Below are positions 26,631-28,480 of a stretch of 28,480 nucleotides of DNA, one piece after another. The notes beneath the pieces were generated by a model. The model ran no database searches and was not told the origin of the DNA. It saw only the letters and a program-made list of their open reading frames with translations. How positions within the stretch are numbered: position 1 is the stretch's first letter; the number at the start of each line of letters is the position of its first letter. The position numbers were made by a program, and so were the translations under genes. Origin of the DNA: Candidatus Hadarchaeota archaeon (GTDB lineage: Archaea; CAYQAE01; CAYVLA01); the NCBI GenBank assembly GCA_964452145.1, contig CAYVLA010000036.1, positions 1 to 28,480 of the forward strand, written 5' to 3'.

Positions 26631-27851
26631 TTGATTCCACGATCCCGACTTCTTCTCGTCACCGCCTTTCTTGCTTCAGCCGCCTTGTGCGTATGGATGG
26701 CGGGCGAAGCTGGGTACTTCGGCTATTTCTCAGGTGGGCCCACTCCCCACCTCTGGAGGGCAAGGTATGCAGACGTCTTTGAGGTGAATGATCGACTTGT
26801 CCAGGAATTGGCCAATGCCCAGTCTCTGCTATCCCGGGCGGGTGGGGAGATCGAAGATCTGAAAGCAGATGTCGGGAACCTCGAAGCGCTTCTTGACGAC
26901 TCGTACTCGGAAAGGGCCGCTTGCGCCGAGTTGTTGAACCAGTTCGACGCGACTCTTGAAACCCTGGCTGCGCGGTACGCATCCAGCAACAAGTCAATAG
27001 CCGACCTCTCCCTTCGCCTGAACCAGTCGGACGCTCAGCTGGCCGAGGTGACCCAGCAGCGAGATATCCTCCGGGACATGTTGTTCAGTGCCCAGGTCAA
27101 GATGGACGGCTTGGAGGAGACCATCATCCGACTGCAGAAAGAGGCCATTAACCTGACGAACCTGAACGCTCAGCTACGAGCCCTCTACTCGGACGCGAGC
27201 GATAGGCTGGAGGTGTACGAATCTGCCGTCAAGCTTCAAGGAGAGATATACAGGAGCTTCAGGTGGTACTACCTGGGAGCGGAGAGGCAATGGTCCAAGG
27301 GACTGGATGGGAAGAAAGGGACCGGATTAAATCGAACGGAGTACCTACTGCTTGCGACCTCTGCCCATTACCAGGATACGGATCCGGCCGCCTTCCAATC
27401 AGTGTTAGACGCCGCAACCCCGGTTCTCAAAGAGCTCGCGGACTACCTCTACGGCCAGGCAAGCACCGACCTCCAGAGAGCCGAGAACATACTGAAGTTC
27501 GTTCAATACCTTCCGTACATCTACGATTCCCCGGCTGACAACTACGTCAGATACCCTCTCGAGACCCTGATCGAAGGCGGCGGCGACTGTGAGGATACGT
27601 CGGTTTTGGCAGCTCAGCTGTTCCGCTTGGCAGGGCCTGAGGGCTTCCCTGTGGTGTTGCTCATGGTCGATACAAACGGAGACAGTGAGGTTGATCACAT
27701 GATGGTCGGGGTCTCCGTCCCCGGTGCCCAGGGGGAGTACTGGGAGGTAGATGGAATCAGGTACTACTATTGTGAGACAACCGCCACGGCCTACAGGGTC
27801 GGGTCCAAACCGGCCGGCTACGTGGTGAAGGACGCCATCGTGATCACCTAG
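26631..27851 (+). CDS. Membrane-anchored coiled-coil protein with a C-terminal transglutaminase-like (papain-fold) domain
   Basis: N-terminal TM (LLLVTAFLASAALCVWMA), ~150-aa heptad region, then FVQYLPYIYD, YPLETL..GGGDCED, HMMVGV and YYCETT. TTG 26631 follows GGAGGT. Confidence 0.85.
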   Translation: MIPRSRLLLVTAFLASAALCVWMAGEAGYFGYFSGGPTPHLWRARYADVFEVNDRLVQELANAQSLLSRAGGEIEDLKADVGNLEALLDDSYSERAACAELLNQFDATLETLAARYASSNKSIADLSLRLNQSDAQLAEVTQQRDILRDMLFSAQVKMDGLEETIIRLQKEAINLTNLNAQLRALYSDASDRLEVYESAVKLQGEIYRSFRWYYLGAERQWSKGLDGKKGTGLNRTEYLLLATSAHYQDTDPAAFQSVLDAATPVLKELADYLYGQASTDLQRAENILKFVQYLPYIYDSPADNYVRYPLETLIEGGGDCEDTSVLAAQLFRLAGPEGFPVVLLMVDTNGDSEVDHMMVGVSVPGAQGEYWEVDGIRYYYCETTATAYRVGSKPAGYVVKDAIVIT

Positions 27852-27857
27852 ACCCCA

Positions 27858-27876
27858 GGCTCCGAGGAGGGGAGCC
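27858..27876. terminator. GC hairpin between convergent genes
   Basis: GGCTCC-N7-GGAGCC in the 80-nt gap; no clear U-tract. Confidence 0.25.
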
Positions 27877-27931
27877 AGGGCAGGGGAGGCGGGACTGGGC
27901 CCGATCGCTAACCCCACATGTCTCCGCGCGA

Positions 27932-28288
27932 TCAGCTCTGGATGCAGTGGGTCATCAAGCCCATCTCAAGGAACCTCTTGCTTGCCTCTGCATACTTGGC
28001 CGGGTCGTTGAGAGTGTCATTAAGCATCTTCTCTTGGACATGTGTCCCGGACTTGACCTTGACAACGGCAGGCATTCCCAGGTCCTTCTCGAGGGCGTAC
28101 TTGATGACTATGCCGATGGCGCCTCCCATCGGGCAGAACGGAACCGTCGGGGAGAACTCGACCTCAACGTGGTCCGGGAAGACTTTGACGTCGTCTTCGG
28201 TGACGATCTTCATGTCGACGACCGATACCGGATGTTCCGGGTCGTTGACCTTCCGCAAGACGTTCATGATCCTGGACTTGTCCATCAT
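27932..28288 (-). CDS. DUF59 / MIP18 (CIA2-like) Fe-S cluster assembly protein
   Basis: LRKVNDPEHPVSVVDM, FSPTVPFCPM (conserved DPE and T-x3-CP motifs); start ATG 28288 or 28285. Confidence 0.85.
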   Translation of the reverse strand: MMDKSRIMNVLRKVNDPEHPVSVVDMKIVTEDDVKVFPDHVEVEFSPTVPFCPMGGAIGIVIKYALEKDLGMPAVVKVKSGTHVQEKMLNDTLNDPAKYAEASKRFLEMGLMTHCIQS

Positions 28289-28444
28289 GACACCACGAGT
28301 TTTCCACGAAGCACGACAGAAAAGTGTGTTCATGTTCCCATCACCGTGCCCGCATGTGGACCTGATCCCGCCCAACCTTGTGACCGCCCCCTGAGGCAGC
28401 TGCAATCCACATCCGGGCCGACAAACCTCGCCGCCCAGGCCGAT

Positions 28445-28477
28445 GGGATCATGCTACCGGCAGAAGGGATCATGCTA
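28445..28477. repeat. 12-bp direct repeat x2 at 21-bp spacing
   Basis: GGGATCATGCTA at 28445-28456 and 28466-28477. Confidence 0.7.
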
Positions 28478-28480
28478 GCG

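Noticed and set aside
26290..26640. 116-aa minus-strand ORF with a hydrophobic stretch
   Set aside because: No recognisable motif, and it overlaps the promoter/start region of the transglutaminase-like gene.

Overview
Archaeal chromosomal window, judged from L30/L15/SecY/DUF106/L34e/Cmk/L14e/Cbf5, an intron-containing tRNA and TATA-type promoters. Left (1-6220): the end of the spc-type ribosomal protein operon, cbf5, an RsmC-like methyltransferase and a tRNA-Ser(GGA) with two introns (21/22 and 37/38) that overlaps the methyltransferase stop codon. Centre (7585-16481, minus strand): the most striking feature, a tightly packed three-gene operon. It encodes an McrB-type AAA+ GTPase whose N-terminal half is a ~16-helix membrane domain, a 1.6-kaa secreted and membrane-anchored protein with 15 fibronectin type III repeats, and an McrC/DUF2357-like protein with no recognisable PD-(D/E)xK catalytic motif. 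This looks like an McrBC motor repurposed as a membrane/cell-surface machine. Right: BKACE, a decayed secreted-protein gene, nikR, a K+-dependent membrane pyrophosphatase, polX, an RHH/Zn-ribbon regulator bracketed by palindromic 12-bp repeats, ~2 kb of gene-poor DNA, an orphan AbrB-type regulator, a coiled-coil transglutaminase-like protein and a CIA2/MIP18-like DUF59 protein. All calls come from motif reading by eye; no searches were run.
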